Positions 21,901-32,130 of a DNA stretch of 64,000 bases are shown here, piece by piece. The notes under the pieces are model-generated. The model was not told where the DNA came from, ran no database searches, and was given only the letters and a program-made list of their open reading frames with translations. This stretch comes from Azolla caroliniana. Its lineage: Eukaryota > Plantae > Polypodiophyta. A program made the position numbers and the translations under genes. The stretch's first letter is position 1, and every line of letters begins with the position of its first letter. The DNA lies in the NCBI GenBank assembly GCA_043228905.1, contig JBHGNT010000020.1:14198001-14262000 (forward strand), read 5' to 3'.

Positions 21901-23018
21901 TCAAACAGGCACCACGACAATGGTACAAGAAGTTCGACGACTTCATCCAATCGATCGGCTTCTCAAAAAGCGATGAGGACCATTGTCTTTTTACCAACAC
22001 AGCTCAAGATGGATCACCCATCTTCCTCATCATTTACGTGGACGACATGCTAATTTCTGGACGCCACGCGGGCGAACTTGCCGATCTCATTCGGCAACTG
22101 CGGTTGAAGTTTGCCATGAAGGACCTCGGTCCGGCACGACACATACTTGGCATGAAGATTAGTCGGCATCGCGATAAACGACATCTTTTTTTGTCTCAGA
22201 CCGACTATATCGGACGTGTCTTGGAACGCTTCAACATGCAATCAGCCAAATCTGCTTCAACCCCGCTCCCCATGAATCTTCGGCTCTCTCAGCGAGACTG
22301 CCCGACATCCGGTCCGGAGGGGGAAGATATGAAGTCGGTACCGTATGCACCGGCAGTCGGCTCCCTTATGTACCTGATGGTCGCGACACGGCCTGATATT
22401 TCTCATGCCGTAGGAGTCGTTAGCAGATTTATGCACAATCCTGGCCGATCGCATTGGAACGCAGTCAAGCATGTGTTCAGATATCTGGCTGGCACAAAAG
22501 ACCATGGCATTCTTTTCGGTCCGAACCGAACCTCAGGCGTAGTCGGTTACACCGACTCGGACTTCGCCGGCTGTATAGAAAGTCGGAAATCAACAACCGG
22601 ATACTGCTTCAAATTCGGCAATGGAGCAATCTCGTGGAAGTCGAAACTTCAGGAGTGCACAGCGACCTCAACGACCGAAGCAGAATATGTAGCTGCGTCC
22701 GACGCAGCAAAAGAAGCTTTGTGGCTCGGTCGGCTGGCGCACACGTTTCGACAAGTCGACCATGACTCGGCTCCAGTTGTCTACAGCGACAGTCAAGGTG
22801 CTGTTGCCTTGTCGAAAAATCCGGTTCACCACAACGCCTCCAAACATATCGACGTTCGATATCACTTCGTTCGGGACTGCGTCATTTCAGGGAAAATCGG
22901 TCTAGAGAAAATATCCACAACCGACAATGTCGCAGATGGAATGACCAAGTGTCTTTCGGCAGACCGCTTTCGGTTTCTTCGGTATCAGATGGGCGTAACG
23001 ACAAACCAGTCCGGTTAG
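18987..23018 (+). CDS. Intact Copia Gag-Pol polyprotein (~1343 aa)
   Basis: First ATG at 18987 (the ORF track starts at an upstream TTG). KFDGSNFNFWK Gag start, CNYCKKPGHIKADC knuckle, WLLDSGAS protease, HRRLGH..CEHC, DDE integrase (HSDVCGP, RTDNGGEF, NGIAERMNR), RT YVDDML, RNase H YTDSDFAG/EAEY/SDSQ/ADGMTK. Confidence 0.96.
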   Translation: MASTSGSSEMSLRKFDGSNFNFWKEQMQDYLIVKGQIDPIENEEPPEGYKPIEWQKLDRIVRATIRMHLSESVYFTVQSCTTAFELWKTLSDTYEKKVAATKMFLIRRLYNLRMKESDSVQAHLNEYESISSQISSQGTAIEDELRAMILMSSLPSSWETFVTTVCNASTTAVKYSEVTSAILTEAARRKSFAKDSTDDAYVVQDSTDRSNIRGRDSSRPPNNQRRRSQSRDNRICNYCKKPGHIKADCRALKNKNDKSQKSDKKSGRHEEINYVSFSADVLPDDPNILSIENPVGSEVLLTTEESSTWLLDSGASFHVTPHRSQFRQYTIRHSDSVRVGNSQHCDIIGIGTVELNLAGGSTLVLHNVRHVPELSRPLISVGQLDEDGIRVGFSSGGWTLHRGNLLLARGPKIHSLYPLHVTLREGNLFLVDIPVSSLWHRRLGHLSKAGITHLSRAGYIPKLSFSDHQFCEHCQYGKQAAASHPTSAPRETRPLDLVHSDVCGPMPHQSLGGASYFVSFIDDSTRKVWAYPIRTKDRVFSIFSDWLAMVENQTDRKLKCFRTDNGGEFKSEEFVKFCRQRGIRREFTAPHSPEQNGIAERMNRTIQERIVSMLQHSGLSDGFWAEALLTAVHIINMSPSRPLGLQIPQELWIGSKPNYDKLRIFGCEAYALIPKDDRRKLAPRSRKCIFLGYGSDGEMGYRLWDPERRQIVRSSDVVFNESAMNPSVEKPIEVRRVTFSDVPTLQEGPALNTRSASRVAEPYTTDSDNPDSAQQNNPLSDHPTMIPDATSPIIPRRSERLSQPPERYSPGIFFTDAGEPTSYEEASTSVDSATWHLAMESEMHSIRANKTWDLVELPKNRRALPCKWVYRLKETSDSTTPKYKARLVAKGFRQEYGVDFDEIFSPVVKMTTLRFLLGVVAADNLELIQLDVKTAFLHGDLDEEIYMEQPKGFVATGQEHLVCRLRKSLYGLKQAPRQWYKKFDDFIQSIGFSKSDEDHCLFTNTAQDGSPIFLIIYVDDMLISGRHAGELADLIRQLRLKFAMKDLGPARHILGMKISRHRDKRHLFLSQTDYIGRVLERFNMQSAKSASTPLPMNLRLSQRDCPTSGPEGEDMKSVPYAPAVGSLMYLMVATRPDISHAVGVVSRFMHNPGRSHWNAVKHVFRYLAGTKDHGILFGPNRTSGVVGYTDSDFAGCIESRKSTTGYCFKFGNGAISWKSKLQECTATSTTEAEYVAASDAAKEALWLGRLAHTFRQVDHDSAPVVYSDSQGAVALSKNPVHHNASKHIDVRYHFVRDCVISGKIGLEKISTTDNVADGMTKCLSADRFRFLRYQMGVTTNQSG

Positions 23019-23211
23019 AGCCGGACACAGAGCAGGATGGTTCCCGACAACCGACATCAGTTCCTTAATGATCGGCTTCAACTGTTCCGACCCGACCAGT
23101 TCGGTCTTCTGCCTTCGGACCCTGCCGACTCAAACAAAGCTGATATGTCCGAGAACCTAAGTCTATACCTGTAATCTTCGATAACCCATGTATACGCCCA
23201 TTACGGGGGAG

Positions 23212-23499
23212 TGTCGAATACAAGTGTATAATGGACGTATTCACACTATCCCTTTGGGCCATTTGTGTAATTAGCATAAATGGTAGTTGCCCTAAGTCGG
23301 TCACTATATATAGTGACCTTGTAACCTTTTTGTAAGGTTGGGTGTTGTATTATTGTTTCTATTGAATAGAAAGTCTTTTGTGTGTGTGTGTCTCTCTCTC
23401 TCTCTCTCTGTGCAACGACCTAGAAACTGTCATACGCAGGTAAAGAACAGAATCGAATGCTTCTTGATCTTCCGCATCGACACGGCCTTGTCTCCAACA
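23212..23499 (+). repeat. 3' LTR of inner Copia (288 bp)
   Basis: Direct repeat of 18007-18305; follows the PPT and is followed by TSD GATGT. Confidence 0.96.
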
Positions 23500-24657
23500 G
23501 ATGTTCCCCCAGGTTTCGGTACAATTCAAACAATAGGTAAGGTTTGCAAACTTAGGAAGTCGCTTTATGGACTGAAGCAATCTCCTCGAGCCTGGTTCGA
23601 CAAGTTAAGAAGGGCTATGGTGGGTATGGGATACCAATAGACGAATGCAGACCATACAATGTTCTTTTGACAACACAAGGAGCATACTACATTGCTTGTT
23701 GTGTATGTGGATGATATAATTATCACGGGTAACGATGAAGGAGAAATTGCCCAACTGAAGATGCAATTGGGTAAAGAGTTTGAGGTGAAGGATCTAGGAT
23801 TGCTACGATACTTTCTTAGAATTGAGGTAGCTCGTGGAGCAGAAGGAGTTGTTCTATCTCAGCAGAAATATGTACTAGATCTTCTCAAAGAAACTGGAAT
23901 GTTGGGTTGTAGGCATGTAGCTTCTCCAATCGACCAAAAGATCAAGCTAACTGAACTTGCGGGAGAGAAAGTTAATCGTGAAAGGTATCAAAGATTGGTA
24001 GGTCGGCTAATTTATTTGACCCACACTCGTCCAGATATCTCATTTGCAGTAAGTGTGGTAAGTTGCTACATGCATGATCCGAGGAAAGATCATATGGATG
24101 CAGTGTACCATATTCTGAGATATCTCAAAGGTGCCCCAGGGAAGGGATTAATCTTCAGAAAACATGGTCATTTTAACATTGAGGGCTATTGTGATTCTGA
24201 TTGGGCCAGTTGTGCTGATGACAGGAAATCCACATTAGGATACTGCATGTTTGTTGGAGGCAATCTGGTCTCTTGGAAGAGTAAGAAACAATCAGTAGTA
24301 GCAAGTTCAACAGTCGAAGCAGAGTATAGAGCTATTGCTATAGGAGTTGCGGAGATGTTATGGCTACGAACTCTCCTAGTAGAACTTAAGGTGAATCAAG
24401 AAAATCAGATGATGCTGTGGTGTGACAATAAGTCAGCAATCAACATTGCCAACAATCCAGTACAGCACGATAGGACCAAACACATCGAAATCGACAGGTT
24501 CTTTATCAAGGAAAAGCTTGATAATGGAATATTAAAATTGATTCATGTTTCTACTGAACATCAAGTAGCAGATTGTCTTACAAAGGGACTTGGGCCAGTA
24601 AGTCTTACTAGATTGTGTGACAAGATGGGCTTAGTGGATATTTTTCGCCCATCTTGA
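23500..24657 (+). pseudogene. Outer Copia gag-pol, 3' part (RT C-half and RNase H)
   Basis: Resumes as DVPPGF..KLRKSLYGLKQSPRAW, then stop TAG at 23638-23640, followed by YVDDII, YCDSDWA, WCDNKSA and QVADCLTK. Confidence 0.92.
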
Positions 24658-24664
24658 GGGGGAG

Positions 24665-24857
24665 TGTTGAGAATGTTTAAAAGTTATAACGGCCAGCCCA
24701 ACGGCTAGTTAGTTTCAACAGCTAGTTAGCCCAACGGCCAGATCTTGGTCTTGATAAAGAGGGACTTTCTCCTCATGTAAATAGAAAAGATCTCTGTATT
24801 TTTCTCCCACCTACCAATGTATATTACTGAACAAATGTGCTTTCTCATATTTCTTTA
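24665..24857 (+). repeat. 3' LTR of outer Copia (193 bp, TG...TA)
   Basis: Direct repeat of 14284-14464 with an extra 12 bp CCAGCCCAACGG. Confidence 0.95.
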
Positions 24858-26073
24858 AATGATAACAAAAATTGTACAATCCATTAATCCATTTGTATAG
24901 TCCAATATTCACATCTATTAGACTACATGGATGAAGCCAATAACTTAATAAGAAACTTGCAGAATCCATCACTTTGATTCATTTGCATCATCCAATGTTT
25001 AAATCTACTAATGCTTCGGTTATCCTGATCTCTTCTTTTGTTGACCTGGTGAAACTATAAGCCTTGTATAATTTGGTTTCCTCCATTTGTAGCAACATAA
25101 GGGATTTAATAACTATCTAGGTCATTGTTTGTAGTAACTTAAGGGAGTTAATAACTGTCGAAGAGAGGTTGCAATCCTCCATATATTCGCCTTTGACTCC
25201 AAAGTATTTTACTAATGTACTATCCATCCCGAATTTGGATTGTGCCGTCCATTCATTGTTCACTTGTGCACCATGACTTCCAAGCTGTAATCCCCTACAT
25301 ATCTAATCAATTAATGTAGACTTGTGCACAATGATTTTCCAGTTGTGAAATCCCCCACATATTCAACTTTGACTACAAATTATTTTACTACTGATTTGTT
25401 TCATTGACCAAATAACTTAGTCATTTCAGCAGCACAACAAGACAATTCATTCAAAATAACAGATGAATCATGACGTAATACATTCAATACACTTGTGAAG
25501 CCACTACAAAGACAAGACAGAACTCACTTAAGAAGGGACGAATCCATGAGGTAAAATATTCTACACCCTAGTATTTTAATAGTGTACCACAACAAAACTT
25601 GCAAATTTTGGGTACCTTTTTATAGTCTTGCTACAGTTTTTCGCAGAGCTTACTTTTACAGTCAGCAAATTCAAATCCTTTTTACATTAGATAGCATATT
25701 CATATTTTTATTTTATTTCAGTTAGTTTTTCACCATTAGTTCTGACAAGGGTACATAAAACTTTAAAAGCTAGGAGGTCCCATGGGACATTTGGTATGGT
25801 AATCAACCATCATCCTCATTAAACACAAGCTTTTCCCAATGTAGGACTAACTGAACATAAATTAAAGAGTTCTCAGGTTTCAGCTTCCGAATATGTGAGA
25901 CATTCTTTTAAAGTACAAAAATTTGAAGACACCTCATGAGCTGTTTCGCAGGGACATTTAAAAAAATGTAATCATAGATGTTTGCTCTTAAACAGAAAAC
26001 TCTCGGGAGGGTTCCCTCTTCTGATCAGAACATAGAAAAAAAATAGAATATACCAATAACAAAAATCATAGAA

Positions 26074-29000
26074 CTAAACTTGCAATCCAAGTCGGCAAAT
26101 AGCATTACTCTGAATCAACTTCAAATCCACCTGTAAAACAAAACAAAAACATCCCATAATAGTATCTACTAGTTCAGCAAATATAAATCATTTATCCAAG
26201 TTTCTCAAAAAGTTCACCTTGTGGCCAAAAAGATCTCGGATATTGTCAATACCATATAGAATCATCGTGGGCCTATAGAAAAGACATAAATTGTGTGATC
26301 AGCATCATAACATAAAGATAAAACAACACTATGTGTAACAATAAGATAAAACAGCTAGTTCAAATATGCATGTGACACACACAAGGGGTAGCCGTAATAT
26401 TACCTTTCAAGGGATAATCCCCAAGCAATAACAGAAACATCACTAGGTAGTCCCATTGGTTGAAGCATTTCAGGTCTAAATATGCCGGAATTGCCTACTT
26501 CCACCCATTTTTTCAGGGTCTCATGGTAGCTGTGCGTGAAGAAAAACCCCAAGACATCCATTCATTAAACTAACATTTGCAGAACTAAATAATAATCAGC
26601 ATGATGAGCACCTGAAAATTTCCATACTGGGTTCAGTATATGGATTATATGCTGGCTTGAAACGTAATTTTTTAATACCTGCATAAAGATCAAGACAACT
26701 TCAGATAAATTGCATAAGCACATATACCAGAACATTATTGAAGTTTCAGGAGCTCAAATCCCACCTAGTCGACTGAAGAAATCATGTAGGACACCCATCA
26801 GATCACCAAGTGTCAAACCTTTGTCACATATCAGCCCTGCAATAATTATTTCATATTTCAGATAATAGCAACATGTATTCCATGAGCTATCAAATTTTCA
26901 CATTATGTTACTATGTAATACTATTTGAACAACTCCAACTTGTATTATTATTTAAAACTTCAAATTAATAAGTAAAGAACTCAACTAATCACGAGTATGA
27001 AACATATTGTTCAGTCAGGCAAAGGCGCAGAAAACCCTAGAGCTGTCTTTTAACTCTAGCAAGTAACTGAACAGATGAGATGCCGTCTGAGTTCTGTGCT
27101 GATTGCTTAGCCTTTGTGACCAGATCAATACAAGGAATCTTCTATGGAGAGCTAGGATTGTGCAAGGGCCTATGATCCTCTAGGTAGCCCATCAAATCAC
27201 CAGATGGAGAAGCTTTCTACAAACCAGTAAAATAAGGGAATTTTGGCCAAAAGGATTATCAGCATCGGATTATTATTGGCATCATGTTGCCTTAGCTACG
27301 CATTTATTCTGCTACAAAGTAAATCCATCACAGCAATATGTTATTTATCGACCAAGAAACCTCTGTAATACATCACTTTATCTCAGCTTTTATTCCGAAG
27401 TTTGGAATCTTGTTTAGCCTATGTTATACCCAAGTTTCAATGCCTGTTTAGACTATTCAAGCCTATGTTACTGCCATCCATGTACCTAACTGAAAACAAT
27501 AGATTAATACCTTCAATCTGATGAAATTCCGCAAGATGTGTCCTGTCAACCGCCTCATTTCGAAAGACACGGTCAATGGAAAAATACTTCTTCGGAGTAA
27601 ATTCACCCTTTCAAAACACAAAATACATTTTCTGTAAACTGTTAAAATCACCATAAATCAAAGAAAAACTACATTATTGAAGAAAAGTGTAGGCATTTCC
27701 AACACCTGTGCCAATGCATAAAGCATTCTGGATGATACTGCAGTTGTATGTGTCCTTAATAAATTTTTATCTGCCTCCTCCCTCTTCCAATCATATCCAT
27801 ATCTACATCAGACAAGAAATTCAACTCATATGCGCATTTGCGCTATTTTGCAAGGTTCCTATTTTTTAACCTCTATATCTGGAACACTATTGTATCATAC
27901 CCTATAGAACCATAGCCACCAACTTCATGGACATCCTTGACCCTCTTCACATAATCCTCTGGAAGTCTTTGAGTATGTGCTGGAACTAAAGCCCAAAGAA
28001 GCTTTATGAAAAAAGAATTCAATAATGATTTAATTTCAAAGAACAGTAAAATGCAAGGTTTGCTTTACATTTTAAGAAAAAAGTATCATGTGAATCACGT
28101 GCTGGATGTTGTTGAGGCTGAAATAGTGCATCAAAATTCCAAAAACTAGTCATAGAAAGAATGTTTCAATTAGCAATTGAATTTACATGAACTTTGCAAT
28201 ATATAGAAATAACTTTCACCTGCTTTCCACAAAATTGTTTGTCGGCATTTCTTCGAAGCTGCAAAAATAGGAGCAATAAGTTCATTTTAACATTTTATAC
28301 ATAACCAGGTTCCAGTCCCCACACCATTATGCATTTGTTTTAAGTATTCCAACTTTCACAGACTCTTGAAACAGGAGGAAAAAACATGTAGACACTACAA
28401 TGATATACTGCTAGGACGATGAGAATAAGTAAAATTTATTCATTATTACACCAAGTGGTTATAGCCAATAATAGCATTACCCCATTTCAACAAATATCTT
28501 CTGAAACTGGGCTTTCACCTACATATTAAGATCCACTACGAAAGTGTTAATCAACATATCAACCTTTAACTTCAATGTCTAAGTAAGTAGAGATAAGTTG
28601 CATGAATATTGTATTATTGAAAACCTTCAGCAAAGGGTGAAGATGACCACATTCCAGTGGTTGTCCTAGAGCACTAAAATTGTATTCCTTAAACTCCAAA
28701 TTTTGCCAACTACCCCTGTATGAAACAAAGAATCGTCAGCATAACCATATATGAAAATCCATTAAGTCAAGGACTTTATGCAATGAAAACTGACTTACTT
28801 CTGTAGCATATCGCGTGTTAGCTCTGTTGCTGCTTTGATCCTTTGAGGAGCATATTTCAAGCCTTTAGAGATGGAAAACCAAATAGATGTCCTGTCGTGT
28901 TTTAACCATCATCGACCACACAATTATGCATCGTTTCCGAATAATAAAATTTTCTTTATTAAGAAAATACATAATACATACTGGCGCTTGATGAGAGTTC

Positions 29001-32000
29001 TTTTCTTCAACAAATCAATATCTTGGATTTCCTATACATGTGAACTTATGAGTCCAGAGGGGGCAATTGGTTTCTTAAATAACATATAGTCAACATAATT
29101 CTATGTAGCCTACCTCCCCATTTTTTATAGCAAGCAATTGCTCCCTGATTTTATCCTCCACATTCGCAACCTACAAAAATCTCTTTCTTTCTCCCTCTCC
29201 CAGTATGTCTTTGATTTCATTCTTCACATGATCCTTTAGGCTGAATTTTCCTGATAAACAAAGAAGTTGTACAGATTCACTTACCTTTCTCTTGATGATA
29301 GACACATTCCCTTCCTTTGATACTGTTAGCCATTTGTTTTTCATGGCATAGTTTTTACCGATGGAGAATACCTGCTTATCCATCTTTGCCTGCAAAAAGA
29401 ATTTAGAAATGTGCATCTCCCAGTTGTAAATACTTGTTTATCCAAGTTTTCTTCAGAATAGGCAGATATACCATTATGGATTTCAGAGATGTCCTTAAAT
29501 ATGGCAGAATCAACTAGCTTTGCTTCTAACAGTCCATGCTAGTTAATGTCAAATATTGCAGGAAGCATTGGATTCAAAGTTTAAGTGGATTCTGAAATTG
29601 TGAAGTGCGAATTAAACTGTTTCACGCATTGTTGTTAGGATACCTCTAATTCATCTTGTCGGATCCCTTCAGGTGGAATAGCTTCAAAGAGTTGAACCTC
29701 AGGTGAAGCTGAAATAGCATATTTCTCCCCTTCTTCTGTAAGAATCCAAAACTCCTTCTTGATTTCCTGTGATGGATAAGATGAAACCGTACCATAGAAT
29801 AAGGAACATAAACAAATCAAAGGCAGTTGAAAAGAGGGCAGGCAACTACTACAATGTATGTTCTTTGGTGTAATGAATATCCATGGATCATAAGGAGGAG
29901 CACCCCCAACAAGAGATAACATTTGAACATGTTTTCTCTTCTATGAGAATAGTAAATGAAATGAAACAATCCAATTCTGTGAATTTTACCAACTAATTTA
30001 GTCATACCGTTACAATAGTAGGTAGACCTTGAAAAAGATAAGAAGAGAACTATTTTCTCAATGAAACTAAAACTGATATGTGCTCAAAGAAGTTCCAAGT
30101 TGGCAGCTTTTTTGCACAAATTGTAGGGTAACTGGTGCATAGATGGAATGATAGATGTTCCTCTTATCTTTTTATTGAAATCCACCTTCTAAAAAGTAGA
30201 AATAGCTTTCTCTTATCTCAAAGTCAACCCAGTGGCTGCAAACTATCATGCCCTGCCATTTTCACCTCCTTGTATTACAGTTGACAAATCCAGTTCTTCA
30301 AGCAAGGGGGTTTGTGTACATATCACCCAATTTTCATATCCCGTTACCTTGTGGAGTAAACCAAAGCTTTGTCCAAGAGGTAGTGGCATCTCCTCCTTAT
30401 TTCATAAAAAAACAGGACAACAGCAATAATGATTCCACAACCCAGAAGACACAATTCACAGCTTCATTCTGACGTAGCTTTGCATGCATAACTGCCTATC
30501 TCAATCTATAAATTATGTAACAGGTCTTGACCTGCCCTATCATACTGTGGGGCATATGCAAGAAATGTGTATCCATATAAGAGGGCCTCATGATAAATCC
30601 ATCTGGTGACAAGTGTAAAAAGAGGGCCATCTTCCTACCACGACGCATTGTGGTACTGATCCACATTCTTTTATTATCTGATTTAATGATGACAGTCTGC
30701 ATCCCTCTATTATTTCCTACATTCGTCATGTTCAGGCATAAACAGCCCAAGCTTTATTGGAACAGAGGTAGGGCTTTTATAATCTAGGGCATATGCTTGG
30801 AACCATTCTTGCATTTCAGCAAGCCAGTAGTTTTGATTTGTATCTTTGCTTCAGGAGCTCCCAAATCTATCCAATACAAGACACTAACTGGAATCATGCT
30901 ATATTCACTATTAGTACTACTCCCATCTCAACCCATGCAGAAAATGATCAGGCTAGAGGTCTGTCCAAACCTCTCAAGTGTTCCATCCTATGAACTCTCA
31001 GTCCCCACGTTTCTGCCCCATAAAGAAGAGTCCCTATGACAGATCTATCCCCAAGTTTCTACCTGGTAGAAAAGAGTGAGTAGCCAGGTTCATGATTCTT
31101 GAACTATATATGCGCACATGGTCTTTCAAGTGCACAAAAGCTAACATCCAGAAGAAAGACAATCGCAGACAGCCATTTTAGAGAGAAAAAGCTTCTCAGC
31201 AATTGCATTCAAAGAAAGCGACGTCTATAACAGCAAGTGTCTGTACTACATTATGATCAGTGAAGATAATGTTCATGTCATTTCTCCAGGGTCCAAATGC
31301 CAACCACATTTGGAACTTCATTGCAGGCATCTAGGCCTTGTTCGTGAGAGTTCTTCTAGTGGATCTTATTTGGCACATTGACTTTTAACCTTTCAGTTTC
31401 TTCCAGATAATTGGGCATGCAGCCAATGCTTTTCCTTTACGATGGTCAACATAAGTTTCTAGCTGATTTTCATTATCCTTCGACAGGGGTCTAAATATGT
31501 AAGTTCACTCTGCTTTGCTAGTCTTCATCCGGCTTTTGTTGCTAGATTAGGTGATAATTTTCCGCTTAGTATTACAACATATCCGTTATGTACATTCTCC
31601 AATGTGAAGCTTGCAATGTGGTCTCATGTCTTTGATGTTTTTGAGGATGATCATGAGAAGTTGCATTGTTATTGCTAAATCGCAATAATACAATCATCTT
31701 TTACCAAGTCGATAGAGAGAGAGAGAGAGAGATCTTCTACTAGACAATCGAAAGTGAAAAACAAAAAGAAAGAAAGATAAAGAGAATTAAAAGAGGCATG
31801 ACACCGAGAGAGACAGAGAGGTAAATAGAAATATATCACATTCATCTACGAAAGAGAGGCATACCTTTGCGTCGATGAGGTTGAAACCATGAAGACTTTT
31901 GATGACATTGAGGAGTTCACCGTGGTCGAGATTCTGAGAGAGAGCGAAGTCTTGGGAGTTCGGGATCTCTCCGTCCGTCTGCAGATAACGTAAGACGCGA

Positions 32001-32029
32001 TCCTCTGCGGAGTCGCCATAGCTTCCCAT
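26074..32029 (-). CDS. FARSA: Cytosolic phenylalanyl-tRNA synthetase alpha subunit, ~497 aa, 18 coding exons
   Basis: Minus-strand exons 32029-31865, 29766-29644, 29389-29285, 29170-29114, 29031-28982, 28891-28799, 28715-28625, 28518-28481, 28258-28220, 28145-28069, 27985-27901, 27802-27706, 27607-27511, 26836-26765, 26678-26612, 26529-26404, 26272-26218, 26130-26074; GT-AG introns, 1494 nt in frame. Motifs [85 protein letters not shown]. Confidence 0.94.
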
Positions 32030-32121
32030 CTTCCACGCACACGCCAACACAGAGATCAGAGCAGAGCAGAACAGAGTGCCGCTTCTTCTGCTTCCGAGGG
32101 TTTTTCTTCGTAGCTATCAAT

Positions 32122-32130
32122 TTAGGGTTT
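32122..32130 (-). promoter_or_regulatory. Telo-box (AAACCCTAA) upstream of PheRS alpha
   Basis: TTAGGGTTT on + about 95 nt upstream of the ATG. Telo-boxes are established features of plant translation-machinery gene promoters and 5' UTRs. Confidence 0.55.

Larger units (their letters stand above)
18007..23499 (+). mobile_element. Inner, intact Ty1/Copia LTR retrotransposon (Tork/Tnt1-like) nested in the RT of the outer element
   Basis: LTRs 18007-18305 and 23212-23499 (TG...CA); TSD GATGT at 18002-18006 and 23500-23504; PBS TGGTATCAGAGCC at 18308-18320; PPT GGGGGAG at 23205-23211; uninterrupted gag-pol ORF. Confidence 0.97.
14284..24857 (+). mobile_element. Outer Ty1/Copia LTR retrotransposon (short LTRs, Ale/Retrofit-like), inactivated, carrying a nested Copia
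   Basis: LTRs 14284-14464 and 24665-24857; TSD AATGA at 14279-14283 and 24858-24862; PBS TGGTATCAGAGC (tRNA-iMet) at 14465-14476; PPT GAGGGGGAG at 24656-24664; domain order gag-PR-IN-RT-RH. Confidence 0.96.

Noticed and set aside
30200-31700. Possible L1 relic in PheRS intron 1
   Set aside because: Only faint motif resemblance; boundaries and family cannot be supported by eye.
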